This document shows, piece by piece, positions 18,958 to 29,211 of a stretch of 64,000 bases of DNA. Both the position numbers and the translations under genes were made by a program. Each line of letters begins with the position of its first letter. Positions within the stretch are counted from its first letter, which is position 1. Origin of the DNA: an uncultured Armatimonadetes bacterium (GTDB lineage Bacteria; Armatimonadota; Hebobacteria; Hebobacterales; Hebobacteraceae); NCBI GenBank assembly GCA_963716175.1, contig OY970296.1, positions 2,176,001 to 2,240,000 of the forward strand, given 5' to 3'. The notes beneath the pieces are model-generated. The model had not been told where the DNA came from, did not search any database, and saw only the letters and a program-made list of their open reading frames with translations.

Positions 18958-20532
18958 ATGGATTCGCCTGTCGAGGGCGCGAGCGGGTTACGTTCCGGCC
19001 AGTTCGCGGGAGCCGCTCTGCTCTGGCTAGTGTTCTCCAGCGGGGTGGCAGTGATGGGCCTGGAGATGTCCGCCTCCCGGCTCATTGCGCCCTATTTCGG
19101 CAGCACGCTTTCGGTGTGGACCAGCCTCATCGGCCTGGTCCTGATTTTTCTGACCGTGGGCTACTACCTGGGGGGCACGCTCGCCGACCGCTATCCCTCC
19201 CGGCACCTGCTGGGAGCCGTAGTCCTGGTGGCAGGGGTGCTGGCGCTGGCCTTGCCCGTAGTCAGCACCCCGGTGCTGCGCACGGCCTGGGGGCTGACAC
19301 CCAGGGCCGGCCTCCTGCCGGCTTCTCTCGTCGGCACTTTCGCACTCTTCTCTCTGCCCACCATTCTCCTGGGCTGCGTCTGCCCGTTCGCGCTGAAGCT
19401 GAGCATCCAGGACCTGGGCCGCACCGGCCGCACCTCGGGCCACATCTACGCAGTGTCGGCCCTGGGAAGCGTGGTGGGCACTTTCCTTCCTGCGCTGGTC
19501 ACCATCCCCCGGCTGGGGGTGCGCCATTCCATCATGGTGTTTGGCGCGCTGCTGGTGGTCGCGGCCCTGCTGCTGCTGGCGCGGGCGCGTTTCCTGCCTG
19601 CGGCCGGGGCCATGCTGCTGTTCGGGCTGCCGCTGCCGCCCATGCTGCCAACCCAGGGGGCGATAGCCGAACAGGAATCACTGTACAACTACCTCCGCGT
19701 GGTGGAGGCCGGACAGACGCGGCTGCTGATAGTGGACTGGGGCGCCTTCTCCTTCTACACACCTGGCGAGTTCCGCACCCGTCAGTACTACGACTACTTC
19801 CTGCTGGCGCCCCTGCTGCGTCCCACCCCTCCTGGCGCGTGGCTGCGCCGGGTCCTGATCGTCGGCCTGGGCGCGGGCACCGCCGCCAAGCAGATCACCG
19901 CGGCCTTCGGCCCTCTGCCCATAGACGGGGTCGAGATTGACCCGGCCATCGTCGCCCTGGGCCGGCGCCACTTCGCCATGAACGAGCCCAACCTGCGGGT
20001 GCACGTCACCGACGGCCGCGCCTTTCTGGCCGGGACGCGGGCCCCCTATGATTGGGTGATCCTCGACGCCTACCAGGGATCAGACATCCCGTTCCATCTC
20101 ATCACCAGTGAGTACTTCCAGGCGCTGCGGGAGCACATGAGCGCGGCAGGGGTGCTGGCCATCAACCTCGCCTGGTGGCGGCCGGACGATCCGGTGCTGC
20201 TGGGCCGCCTGGTGGCCACGGTCAAGACCGCCTTCCCCAAGGTGTACGCGGTGACTGAGATTTCGGAGCGGGCGGGCGCGGTGCTCCTCGCCGGCGGGCC
20301 CGAGCTCTCGCCCTCCCATCTGCTCCCCGATGCAGAGGCGGTAGGGCACCCCGGGCTGATAGAGATCGCCCGGGAAGTCGCCAGAGGTGGCCCGCCGCGC
20401 CTGACCGCGACCACCGGGATGGGCCCACCGTTCACGGATGACCGCGCCCCGATCGAGGAGATCGCGGATCGGATGTACCGCCAGACCCGCCGGGAAGCCT
20501 ACCAGCGGGAGCTGGGGGTGCTGAAGCCCTGA
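18958..20532 (+). CDS. membrane-fused spermidine-synthase-like SAM-fold protein
   Basis: N-terminal TM bundle (VMGLEM..SR..AP.FG) plus VGLGAG, VEIDP, DGR.FL, LDAY, TDDRAP. Confidence 0.85.
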   Translation: MDSPVEGASGLRSGQFAGAALLWLVFSSGVAVMGLEMSASRLIAPYFGSTLSVWTSLIGLVLIFLTVGYYLGGTLADRYPSRHLLGAVVLVAGVLALALPVVSTPVLRTAWGLTPRAGLLPASLVGTFALFSLPTILLGCVCPFALKLSIQDLGRTGRTSGHIYAVSALGSVVGTFLPALVTIPRLGVRHSIMVFGALLVVAALLLLARARFLPAAGAMLLFGLPLPPMLPTQGAIAEQESLYNYLRVVEAGQTRLLIVDWGAFSFYTPGEFRTRQYYDYFLLAPLLRPTPPGAWLRRVLIVGLGAGTAAKQITAAFGPLPIDGVEIDPAIVALGRRHFAMNEPNLRVHVTDGRAFLAGTRAPYDWVILDAYQGSDIPFHLITSEYFQALREHMSAAGVLAINLAWWRPDDPVLLGRLVATVKTAFPKVYAVTEISERAGAVLLAGGPELSPSHLLPDAEAVGHPGLIEIAREVARGGPPRLTATTGMGPPFTDDRAPIEEIADRMYRQTRREAYQRELGVLKP

Positions 20533-20543
20533 GCCGGCCGCCT

Positions 20544-20567
20544 GTTGGGCAGGGGCTTGCCCCTGCC
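20544..20567 (+). repeat. REP-like palindrome, family B
   Basis: GTTG-GGCAGGGGC-TT-GCCCCTGCC; related copies at 37046, 39519, 39644(-). Confidence 0.7.
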
Positions 20568-20701
20568 AATCGCGCCCAGCAGCCGGCGCCCGCCAGCATG
20601 AGACTCCCCGCCCCTCGCGAGGTATACAAGTGCTTGGTGGGATGGCGACTCCCATCCTTGCCTGACCTGGCATTCATCGCAGCATCGTGGGAGAACAGAA
20701 C

Positions 20702-20941
20702 ATGGCCGGAGGCAGGGACCTGGCGCGCCGCGTGCCGCGCTGGCTCAACTGGCTGGTGTGCTCGTCTGGCTTAACCTCTATCGGGTGCTTCATCTGGCGG
20801 CTGATGCTGTGTGACGGGGAAGTCACCTGCGTGCCGCCCAGTCCGGGTGGTCTCGTCCCCCGCCTGCTAGGTATGGCCGTTCTGCCCCTGCTGCTGCTTG
20901 TAACCCTGATCGAGAAAGCGGCCAGGAGGCTGGTGGAATAG
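20702..20941 (+). CDS. small hypothetical membrane protein
   Basis: Two hydrophobic segments, GGGAG upstream, fills an intergenic gap. Confidence 0.45.
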   Translation: MAGGRDLARRVPRWLNWLVCSSGLTSIGCFIWRLMLCDGEVTCVPPSPGGLVPRLLGMAVLPLLLLVTLIEKAARRLVE

Positions 20942-21016
20942 GCTCACAGGGCGGGAGCACGCTCCTGCCCTTGCGTTCTCAGCGGGAGCGAACCGCTGGC
21001 GGCGATGTGCCCACGC

Positions 21017-21811
21017 CTACGGCAGGGACGCATGGCCGCCCTCCAGAGAAAGCAACTCCCGCATCTCGATGGCGTTCCTCGCGGCCTGGGCCTGGAAGCA
21101 GTTGTTCATGAAGACGTAGACCTTCTGGGTCTCGGCGGCCAATCCCCGAATCCTGGGCACCCACTCTTCCAGCTCTTCCCGAGGGTAGAGGTAGTCATAG
21201 CGAAGCTTGCTGTCCTTGGCCCACCACTGCTTGTAGTTGCGCCCGTGGAAGCGCACATAGCCTATCGGGGAGGTGGCCACCGCGATCGGAGGCATGAGGC
21301 TGCGGAACTGCGGCTCGTCCACCGCGCACCAGCCGACCTGGTGCTCGCGCAGGAACGCGAAGACCTCATCTTTGACCCATTCTCGATTGCGGAACTCCAC
21401 CACCAGCGGAAGCTCAGAGAAGCGGCCGCAGAGCTGGGTCAGGTAGCCCCGGTTGCCGGGTGTGTTGTGAAAAGAAGTGGGGAACTGGGCCAGGATGCAG
21501 CCGAACTTCTTCGCCTCGATCAGGGGCTGAATGGAGGCGATGAAGGTGGTGAAATCGGCCTCGTTCTCGGGGCCGATCTCGTGGGTGAGAGCGCGGTAGG
21601 CCTTCACCGTGAACTCGAACGCATCCGGCACCTTGTTTGCCATGTGAAAGAACGTGGCCGGGTGCATGAGCCGGTAGTAGCTGGCGTTGATCTCCAGGCA
21701 GTTGAACCGCTCGCCGTAGTATTGCAGCCAGTCCTTCTCCTTCACGCTCTCCGGGTAGAAGTGCCCCTTCCAGTCATTGAACTTGAAGCCTGAGGTGCCA
21801 ACGTAGATCAT
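21017..21811 (-). CDS. DUF72 family protein
   Basis: MIYVGTSG, W.G.FYP, EINASYY, QFP.SF, VEFR, YVRFHGRN, RYDYLY, FMNN. Confidence 0.92.
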   Translation of the reverse strand: MIYVGTSGFKFNDWKGHFYPESVKEKDWLQYYGERFNCLEINASYYRLMHPATFFHMANKVPDAFEFTVKAYRALTHEIGPENEADFTTFIASIQPLIEAKKFGCILAQFPTSFHNTPGNRGYLTQLCGRFSELPLVVEFRNREWVKDEVFAFLREHQVGWCAVDEPQFRSLMPPIAVATSPIGYVRFHGRNYKQWWAKDSKLRYDYLYPREELEEWVPRIRGLAAETQKVYVFMNNCFQAQAARNAIEMRELLSLEGGHASLP

Positions 21812-21854
21812 GGTGGTCCATCCGCAGGTCACGGAGATGACACAGATTGAGTTC

Positions 21855-22697
21855 TCACTTCTGGCATTTCGGGCACCAGTGCATGCCGCGGCCACCAGCA
21901 ATGCGGGCCCTGCGGATGGGCGTGCCACACACGCGACAGGGCTCACCGGTGCGCTGGTAGGCCATCAGCCGGTCCTGGAAGCGACCCGGAATGCCGTACA
22001 CGTCGGCAAAGGTTTCGTCTCGGGCAGAGGAGCCGCCTCCCGCGATGGCCTCGGACAGCACCTGTCGAGTAGCTTCCCAGAGGCGCTGGCGCAGGGGGCC
22101 GGTCAGCTTGTTGGCGGCCCGGTTGGGCCTGATGCCGGCGCGAAAGCAGATCTCGTCGGCATAGATCTTGCCGATCCCGGCGATCACGTTCTGGTTCATC
22201 AGCACGGATTCCAGATCCGCGCTGCGGCGCGAGAAGGCCTGTTTGAGATACTCGGGGGTGAAGGCGTCGGAGAACGGCTCCGGGCCATAGCCCGCGAACT
22301 CCGGGCTCCGGTCGGTGTCGTGCCCGGGCCTGGCCGTGATCGAGCCGAACTGCCGCTGATCCACGAAGCGAATCTGGCGCCTCCCGGCCAGCACCAGGAT
22401 GGCGGAGGTATGCTTGTCCAGAGGCTCCTGCGGAGAGACCACCCGTATCAGCCCAGTCATGCCGAGGCGGATGATCAGAGTGGATGGCCGCTTGTGATTG
22501 AGGAACAGCAGGACGGCCTTCCCCCGGCGGCCCACCTGCTCGATCCTGCGCCCCTCCACCAGGGCGGCCAGCTCCTTTGGTGAGCCCTGCTCCCGCGCAG
22601 CGCGGGCAAGGTGCACCTCGATCCGCCGCACGCTGGCGCCGACGACTTCCTTCTCTAATTGTCGCCGAATGGTCTCGGCCTCGGGCAGCTCCGGCAT
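21855..22697 (-). CDS. mutM: formamidopyrimidine-DNA glycosylase (Fpg family)
   Basis: MPELPE, RRGK, LGMTG, H2TH region, C4 zinc finger CRVC..CPKCQ. Confidence 0.85.
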   Translation of the reverse strand: MPELPEAETIRRQLEKEVVGASVRRIEVHLARAAREQGSPKELAALVEGRRIEQVGRRGKAVLLFLNHKRPSTLIIRLGMTGLIRVVSPQEPLDKHTSAILVLAGRRQIRFVDQRQFGSITARPGHDTDRSPEFAGYGPEPFSDAFTPEYLKQAFSRRSADLESVLMNQNVIAGIGKIYADEICFRAGIRPNRAANKLTGPLRQRLWEATRQVLSEAIAGGGSSARDETFADVYGIPGRFQDRLMAYQRTGEPCRVCGTPIRRARIAGGRGMHWCPKCQK

Positions 22698-22868
22698 CGC
22701 TCCCTCCGGCACTCGGTTTCGGCGGGGCCGGTCGCCTGACGGAGGCGTCCGCGCCAGGCTCGCAGGTAGTGACAGCAACCACCAGGAAGCTGGGGCGGCA
22801 ACTTGCCGCCCCAGCCCGTTTCGTCCCCGGTTCATCTGACCCCCACAACGCTTGGGCAGCTCAGGCTG

Positions 22869-24110
22869 CTAGAAAGCGCTGAACAGCTCGACGAAGAACA
22901 CGTTGTTGGGGATCTCGCTCATGCCGGCCGGTGGCTTCTCCTTGTTGCGCTCGTACTCGATCTGCAGCCACTTCGGCAGGTTGCCCAGGAAGTGCTTCAC
23001 CCGGAGCGGGTACACGTAGGAGACGGCCAACTGCTCCGTGTCCCAGGTGATGGGGTCCAGGGTCCTGGGCACATCAATGTCCAGCCGGCCGTAGCGCAGG
23101 AACAACCCCTTGCAGGCGCCGCTGAAGCTGCGCCAGGGAGCGGTGCACTGCGCGCTCGGCTCCACCCCCAGCAGGATCTCCCAACCATTGTTGCGGATCC
23201 CGCCGGTGTCGCCCACGTAGTACTGGGCGCTGCCGATGAAAGGCATGCGGTTGTAGGTCGCGTCCAGGCCATAGCGACGGGCCGTCCGATTCTGGCCGTT
23301 GTAGGTGGCGAACTTCTTCGCCAGGAACGCGACGTCGGTGCGGTCCAGGCCATAGGTCCGACCCGACACGCCGACGTTCATATCGCCCATCTGCCTCCCT
23401 AAGCGAGCGCTTGCCTGCAGCTGGCCGGATCGGTCGGCCGGGGTATCGCGGTCGGTGAGGTGGCCCACTGTGGTGCGCCCCAGGGAGCCCTGATCCAGCT
23501 GCATATCGGCGGTCATGCCGATGAAGCGCTGTCCTGGGCGCTCGGCGTTCAGGATGCCAAACGCCAGCTCGTCCTTGCCGTGCTTGCGCAGGTACTGGAT
23601 GCCCAGCACGCGATCCATGGTGAAGGCCTCGGAGAGCGGGCTGTAGTTGGAGGTCTTGCGGATGCCGTAAGCGGGCACGATGCCAAAGCAGTTGCTGCGG
23701 CCTTTGCCGATGCGGAACTTGGCACCAGGACCAGCCGGGACATCGAGGTAGAAGCTCTCCAGGTAGAGGAAAGACGGGTCGTCGTTGGGCAGCCAGGGAT
23801 GGATGTAGATCTCGGCGTAGCCCGTCTTGCCATTGGCGAGGCGAACCAGCCCGCTCAGCGAGACGCGTTCCCACTTCAGCCGGCTCTCATCCTGCTCGTT
23901 GCTGATGACACCGGAACTGCTCCTAGTGTCGTTCACGGTGACATCCGAGTAGTAGCGGGTGAGCATCCAGCCGTGCACCTCGACTGCCGGCGGGCCAGTC
24001 GCCTCCGCTGCCGCCGCCAGGCTCGCCGCGGCCAGCAGACATAACAGCAGTACCACAGCTCCGCAGCAAAGCCGGAGCCTTTCCAGGGTGAAGATTGGCC
24101 TGCTCCTCAT
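22869..24110 (-). CDS. putative outer-membrane beta-barrel/porin
   Basis: Signal peptide, alternating amphipathic beta-strands, C-terminal Phe (VELFSAF). Confidence 0.6.
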   Translation of the reverse strand: MRSRPIFTLERLRLCCGAVVLLLCLLAAASLAAAAEATGPPAVEVHGWMLTRYYSDVTVNDTRSSSGVISNEQDESRLKWERVSLSGLVRLANGKTGYAEIYIHPWLPNDDPSFLYLESFYLDVPAGPGAKFRIGKGRSNCFGIVPAYGIRKTSNYSPLSEAFTMDRVLGIQYLRKHGKDELAFGILNAERPGQRFIGMTADMQLDQGSLGRTTVGHLTDRDTPADRSGQLQASARLGRQMGDMNVGVSGRTYGLDRTDVAFLAKKFATYNGQNRTARRYGLDATYNRMPFIGSAQYYVGDTGGIRNNGWEILLGVEPSAQCTAPWRSFSGACKGLFLRYGRLDIDVPRTLDPITWDTEQLAVSYVYPLRVKHFLGNLPKWLQIEYERNKEKPPAGMSEIPNNVFFVELFSAF

Positions 24111-24348
24111 AGTCTCCGTCTACCACCTCCTCGCCAGTGCTGTAACGGCCGCACCCGGCCGTCTGCTCCGCCAGCCCAGAGCTTGTTCCTGGGCCGGATA
24201 ACCATTTCCTCTCCCAGCCTGCCTGGTTCGTGCTGCTGCCCTCGCCTTCCTTCCGGCCCCACGGCCGGCGGGCGAGCCCGCCGCTCGGCTCCCAGGATAC
24301 GCCCGGCCGGGCGGCGCCCGCGCCAGCTAGCCCCCGCGGGGTAGCTCC

Positions 24349-25647
24349 CTACCGTCTGTCTACGATGCGAGGCATCCGCGGCTCAGCTCCGCTCAGGGTT
24401 CGCGGCTCCACCAGCCTCACCTCCACCGCCAGCCCCAGCGCCTCCTCCAGTTTCTGACGAAGCTGATTCTGCGTCTGCACCAGGTGTCGCATATCGCCGG
24501 TGAGGAGGCTGCTGGACACCTCCACCTGCACCTCAAGACGATCGGTCGCCCCCACCCGGTCCACGAACACCTGGTAGTGCGGCCCTACGCCTTCGGCGGT
24601 TAGCAGCACGGCCTCGACCTGGGCCGGAGAGAGCTTCACACCGCCGGCGATGATGATATCGTCGGTGCGCCGGAACACCCGCGCCATGCGCGCCAAGGTC
24701 CGGCCGCAGGCACACGGCTCCAGGTTGAGCGAGGTAAAGTCCCGAGTGCGATAGCGGATCACCGGCAGCGCCTCCTTGGTGAGAGTGGTGATCACCAGCT
24801 CGCCGGTCTGCCCTGGGGGCAGGGCCTCGCCCGATTCCGGGTCCACGATCTCGCACAGAAAATGATCTTCATTGATGTGCAGGCCCGCCTTGTGCTCGTT
24901 ACATTCGCCCGATACCCCGGGTCCCATCACCTCCGAGACCCGGTAGTTGTCGGTGGCCGATATGCCCAGTTGGCTCTCGATCCTCTGGCGGAGGCCCTCG
25001 CTCCAGGGCTCACCGCCCAGCATGCCCCACCGCAGATGCAGGCTGGTCCTGGCCACCCCTCTTTCTGTGAGCGCTTCTGCGATGCGGAGCGCATAGGTGG
25101 GTGTGCCCACCAGCGCGGTGGTGCGAAAATCCTGCATGATGCTGATCTGCTGCTCCACCGCGCCGGCCGCCACCGGGATCACAGAGGCGCCGATCTCCTC
25201 CGCCCCCTGGTGCAGCCCGAAGGCATCAGTGAGCAGCCCGTAGGTGAAGGAGATCTGGATCACGTCGTCCTTGGTCATGCCGCCCGCCGAGAGCACCCGG
25301 GCCGCCAGCTCTCGCCAATGGCGGAGATCGTTCTTCGTGTACCCTGCCACCGTGGGCGTCCCCGCGCCATTGGGGGAGCCGTGGATCCTGACCACCTCGC
25401 GCAGGGGCACCGCGAACATATCGTAGGGATACCCCTGCCGCAGGTCCTCCTTGGTGGTGAAGGGCAGCAGCCGCAGGTCGGGCAGAGAGCGAATGTGCTC
25501 CGGCATCAGGCCCTGCTCCTCGAAGCGCCGGCGGTAGAACGGCACTCCCTCCCAGGCCCGATTAGCGGTTACCTGCAGCCGCTCTAGCTGGAGCTGCTCG
25601 AGATCCACCCGGGGCATGGTCTCAATGCGCGGGTTCCAGATTGGCAT
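24349..25647 (-). CDS. phenylacetate-CoA ligase paralog with degenerate catalytic motifs
   Basis: LPFTTKEDLR, GGEPWSE, RYRTRD retained; P-loop reads HGSPNGAGT instead of HASSGTTGK. Confidence 0.8.
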   Translation of the reverse strand: MPIWNPRIETMPRVDLEQLQLERLQVTANRAWEGVPFYRRRFEEQGLMPEHIRSLPDLRLLPFTTKEDLRQGYPYDMFAVPLREVVRIHGSPNGAGTPTVAGYTKNDLRHWRELAARVLSAGGMTKDDVIQISFTYGLLTDAFGLHQGAEEIGASVIPVAAGAVEQQISIMQDFRTTALVGTPTYALRIAEALTERGVARTSLHLRWGMLGGEPWSEGLRQRIESQLGISATDNYRVSEVMGPGVSGECNEHKAGLHINEDHFLCEIVDPESGEALPPGQTGELVITTLTKEALPVIRYRTRDFTSLNLEPCACGRTLARMARVFRRTDDIIIAGGVKLSPAQVEAVLLTAEGVGPHYQVFVDRVGATDRLEVQVEVSSSLLTGDMRHLVQTQNQLRQKLEEALGLAVEVRLVEPRTLSGAEPRMPRIVDRR

Positions 25648-25699
25648 CCCTCACCTCCCCTCTTGCCCGTATCGGCGGCATTCCTGCCGCGACTCCCCT

Positions 25700-26437
25700 C
25701 TATTCCTCCCAGGCCTGGTGATAGCCGCGCCCCAGATAGGCGCGCTGCACCTCCCGCTGGCTGAGCAATTCCTGAGCCGGTCCCTCCATCACCACTCGCC
25801 CCGTCTCCATCACATAGGCGCGATCGGCAATCTGGAGCGCGGCCCGCGCGTTCTGCTCCACCAGCAGCACGGTCAGCCCACGGGCGCGGAACTCCGGGAT
25901 GGCGCCGAAGATCACCCTCGCCGCCCGCGGCGCCAGGCCCAGGGAGGGCTCATCCAGGAGGAGAAAGCGAGGTCGGCTCATGAGCGCGCGCCCGATCGCG
26001 AGCATCTGCTGCTCCCCGCCGGAGAGTGTCCCCGCGGGCTGCTGCCCGCGTTCTCGCAGCACCGGGAAGAGTTGCCAGATCTGGTCGAGGCTATCCGCCA
26101 GCTGGGCCCTCTTCTCTCTCCAGCTCAAGTGGTATGCTCCCAGCATCAGGTTATCGCGCACCGACAGCGGCGCGAACACCTGCCTCCCCTCCGGGACCTG
26201 ACTGATGCCGGCGCGCACGATGGCCTCCGGCGGCCGGCCGCCGATGGCCCGCCCCTCGAAGGTAATGCTCCCCTGGCCGGGTCCCAGCAGGCCCGAGATG
26301 GTCCTCAGGGTGGTGGTCTTGCCCGCCCCATTGGCCCCGATCAGGGCCACCACCTCTCCCTGGTTCACGTGCAGCGAGATGCCCTTTAGCGCCTGCACGC
26401 TGCCGTAATAGGTGGTCACGCTGGTGAGCACTAGCAC
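25700..26437 (-). CDS. livF: branched-chain-type ABC ATPase (LivF-like)
   Basis: GANGAGKTT, PEGRQVF, LSGGEQQM, DEPSLGL. Confidence 0.88.
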   Translation of the reverse strand: MLVLTSVTTYYGSVQALKGISLHVNQGEVVALIGANGAGKTTTLRTISGLLGPGQGSITFEGRAIGGRPPEAIVRAGISQVPEGRQVFAPLSVRDNLMLGAYHLSWREKRAQLADSLDQIWQLFPVLRERGQQPAGTLSGGEQQMLAIGRALMSRPRFLLLDEPSLGLAPRAARVIFGAIPEFRARGLTVLLVEQNARAALQIADRAYVMETGRVVMEGPAQELLSQREVQRAYLGRGYHQAWEE

Positions 26438-26438
26438 A

Positions 26439-27272
26439 TCAGTTGCCCTCGCCCGCCGGCCGTGTGGCGGGTCCGCCCGGCGCGGCCGGGAGGTCGGGGA
26501 CCGCGCTGTCTTCCCCCAGGTAGGCGGCGATGACGCGGGGATCGCGCTGCACCTCCCGCGGCTGTCCCTCCGCGATCTTCACGCCGTGATCCAGCACCAC
26601 CACCTCATCCGAGATTCTCATCACCAGATCCATGTCGTGGTCCACCAGCAGCACCGTCACCCCGAGGTCACGAATGCGCTTCACCAGCTCCCCCAGCCGA
26701 GCGGTCTCGGCCGTCGAAAGCCCCGCGGCGGGCTCGTCCAGCAGCACGAGCTGTGGTTCCGCCGCCAGCGCCCGCGCCACCTCCAGCAGCCGCTGTTGCC
26801 CGAAGGAGAGAGACCGCGCCTCGCGGTCGGCTGGGACGTCGGCCAGGCCTACCAGACGCAGGCACTCCCGCGCCTGCTCGGCCATCCGCTGCTCTTCCTG
26901 CCGCATCGCGGGCAGCCGAAGGGAGGCACTCAGCAGCCCAGCGCGGGTGCGGGCGTGGGCCCCCACCATCACGTTCTCCAGCACGCTCATGTTGGTAAAA
27001 AGCTCGACGTTCTGAAAGGTACGAGCCACCCCCAGCTTCGCCACGCGGTAGGAGGGGAGGCCGCTGGCACGCTTGCCGTCCACGCGGATCTCGCCCCCAT
27101 CCAGCGCGTGGATGGCGGTGATGAGGTTGAAGACCGTAGTCTTGCCGGCCCCGTTGGGGCCGATCAAGGCCTTGATCTGACCCCGGTCCACCTGAAAGCT
27201 AAGCCGGTCCAGGGCCACCAGCCCGCCGAAGCGCTTGCTTGCCTCATCTACCTGCAGTACCGGCTCGCTCAT
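26439..27272 (-). CDS. livG: branched-chain-type ABC ATPase (LivG-like)
   Basis: FGGLVAL, GPNGAGKTT, RTFQN, DEPAAG, AYLG. Confidence 0.88.
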   Translation of the reverse strand: MSEPVLQVDEASKRFGGLVALDRLSFQVDRGQIKALIGPNGAGKTTVFNLITAIHALDGGEIRVDGKRASGLPSYRVAKLGVARTFQNVELFTNMSVLENVMVGAHARTRAGLLSASLRLPAMRQEEQRMAEQARECLRLVGLADVPADREARSLSFGQQRLLEVARALAAEPQLVLLDEPAAGLSTAETARLGELVKRIRDLGVTVLLVDHDMDLVMRISDEVVVLDHGVKIAEGQPREVQRDPRVIAAYLGEDSAVPDLPAAPGGPATRPAGEGN

Positions 27273-27306
27273 CACTGCTCCACTAGCTGTGCCTGCCGGC
27301 TGCGCG

Positions 27307-28320
27307 TCAAGCCGTCCGCCGCCAGGCCCGCGCCCGCAGCCGGCGCAGGGCGGCGACGCCTCCATGCCAGAGACCATCTGGCATGAACACCATGATCATC
27401 ATCAGCACCAGCCCGAACAAGACCGGGCTGAGCTCCTGCCGTGACCGCAAGTACTCGCCGACCAGAGTCACTGTGCCCGCTCCGAAGATCGCGCCCCAGA
27501 TGCTCGCCATCCCGCCGATCACCACCATCACCACCAACTGCAGGGAGTAGCCGAAGCCGAAGCTGTCCGGGTTGACGTAGGTGGCATGGTGCGCAAACAG
27601 AGTTCCGGCCAGGCCCGCCAGCGCCCCCGAGAGCACAAACACCTGAAGCTTGTAGCCGGAGGTGTCCACACCGGAGATGCCGGCTGCGGCCTCGCTGGTG
27701 TGGACCGCTCGCATCGCTCGCCCAACTCGGGAGCCTATGATATTCGAGGCCAGGGCCAAGGTCAACAGCGTGACCGTCGCCACCAGATAGTACATGCCGA
27801 CCGCCGAGTCCAGCTTGACCCCGGCCAGAGAGAGCGGGGGGATACCGCCGATGCCAGTGGTGCCAGCGGTCAGTCCTTCCCACTGCACCATCACGATATG
27901 GACGATCATCCCGAACCCGAGCGTGCCCATGGCGAGATAGTGCCCGCGCAGTCTGAGCAGGGGCACCCCCACCAGGATGGCGATGGCGGCGCTGAACCCA
28001 ACGCCGGCGAGCATCCCCAGCCAGGGAGATAGCCCGAGCTTCCCCCCCAGGATAGCCGAGGAATAGGCGCCGATGCCCACGAAGGCGGCCTGGCCCAGGG
28101 ACACCTGCCCCGCGTACCCCATCAGCAGATTCAGACCGAGAGCCACGATGGCGTTGATGCCGATGGTTACGGCCAGGCCCAGGGCATACTCTCCCCGCAG
28201 CACCAGCGGCAACAGAAGGGCCGCGGCCGCGGCCAAGAGGAACCACCAGACATTCCGATTCGGCGGCAGCCTGCCGCGTGCAGTCTCCCGGGCCGGAACG
28301 CTGCCCTCGCGTGCGCTCAC
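27307..28320 (-). CDS. livM: ABC permease (LivM-like)
   Basis: GLNLLMGYAGQVSLG, LRGHYLA, S.VGRA. Confidence 0.88.
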   Translation of the reverse strand: MSAREGSVPARETARGRLPPNRNVWWFLLAAAAALLLPLVLRGEYALGLAVTIGINAIVALGLNLLMGYAGQVSLGQAAFVGIGAYSSAILGGKLGLSPWLGMLAGVGFSAAIAILVGVPLLRLRGHYLAMGTLGFGMIVHIVMVQWEGLTAGTTGIGGIPPLSLAGVKLDSAVGMYYLVATVTLLTLALASNIIGSRVGRAMRAVHTSEAAAGISGVDTSGYKLQVFVLSGALAGLAGTLFAHHATYVNPDSFGFGYSLQLVVMVVIGGMASIWGAIFGAGTVTLVGEYLRSRQELSPVLFGLVLMMIMVFMPDGLWHGGVAALRRLRARAWRRTA

Positions 28321-29195
28321 CGCAGCCTCCTGCCCAGCAGCCCGGTGGGCTTGGCCAGCAGCACGATCAACATGACGGCGAAAGCGAACGCATCCTTATA
28401 GCCCGACCAGCCAGTCGGGCTCAGTCCTGCTCCCAGTGACTCCAGGGTCCCCAGCAGCAGCCCACCCAGCACCGCGCCCAGGGGGTTTCCGATGCCCCCG
28501 AGGATGGCGGCGGCGAAGCCCTTCAGGCCCAGCATGATGCCCATGTCGTATTGCCCCATGGAGAGCGGAGCCACGATGGCTCCGGCCAGGCCGCCCAGCA
28601 GGCCGCTGAGGCCAAAGGAGAGGCGCACCATGCGCTGTACCGGAATGCCCGCGAGCTGGGCCGCCTCCCGGTTCACGGCGCAGGCACGCATCGCCTTCCC
28701 AACCTGGGTCTTCTCTCCCAGCAGCCACAGCGCAACCATGGTGGCCAGCACTATGCCCATGATCCAGAGGTGCTGGGGAAGGATGCTCGCCCGTCCGAAC
28801 ACCAGCGGCGTCTCCCCCGAGAAAGCGCGCATGGGCAGCGCATCCGGCCCCCACAGCCACATCGCCGCCCCGCGCAGCAGAATCGAGGCGCCGATGGTGA
28901 TGATGATCAGGGTGATCACGGAGGCGTGGCGCGCCGGGCGAATCGCCCCCCACTCCAGAACCGCGCCCACCCCTGTCACCGCGGCCACCGCGACCAGCAC
29001 GGCCAGTGGCATGGGCAGGGCGGCGCCGGAGCAGGAGATCGCGATCAGCGCCCCCAGCGCGACGAACTCGCCTTGCGCGAAGTTGACAATGCCGGTGGCG
29101 TTGTAGATGAGGGTGAAGCCCAGCGCGATCATGCCATAGATGCTGCCCAGGGTAAGACCGGAGATCACGAATTGCAGAACCGCCCAAGGGGTCAT
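28317..29195 (-). CDS. livH: ABC permease (LivH-like)
   Basis: GSIYGMIALGF, NFAQGE, GKAMRA, LKGFAAAILGG. Confidence 0.88.
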   Translation of the reverse strand: MTPWAVLQFVISGLTLGSIYGMIALGFTLIYNATGIVNFAQGEFVALGALIAISCSGAALPMPLAVLVAVAAVTGVGAVLEWGAIRPARHASVITLIIITIGASILLRGAAMWLWGPDALPMRAFSGETPLVFGRASILPQHLWIMGIVLATMVALWLLGEKTQVGKAMRACAVNREAAQLAGIPVQRMVRLSFGLSGLLGGLAGAIVAPLSMGQYDMGIMLGLKGFAAAILGGIGNPLGAVLGGLLLGTLESLGAGLSPTGWSGYKDAFAFAVMLIVLLAKPTGLLGRRLR

Positions 29196-29211
29196 AGCTG
29201 ATCGCGTCTGC

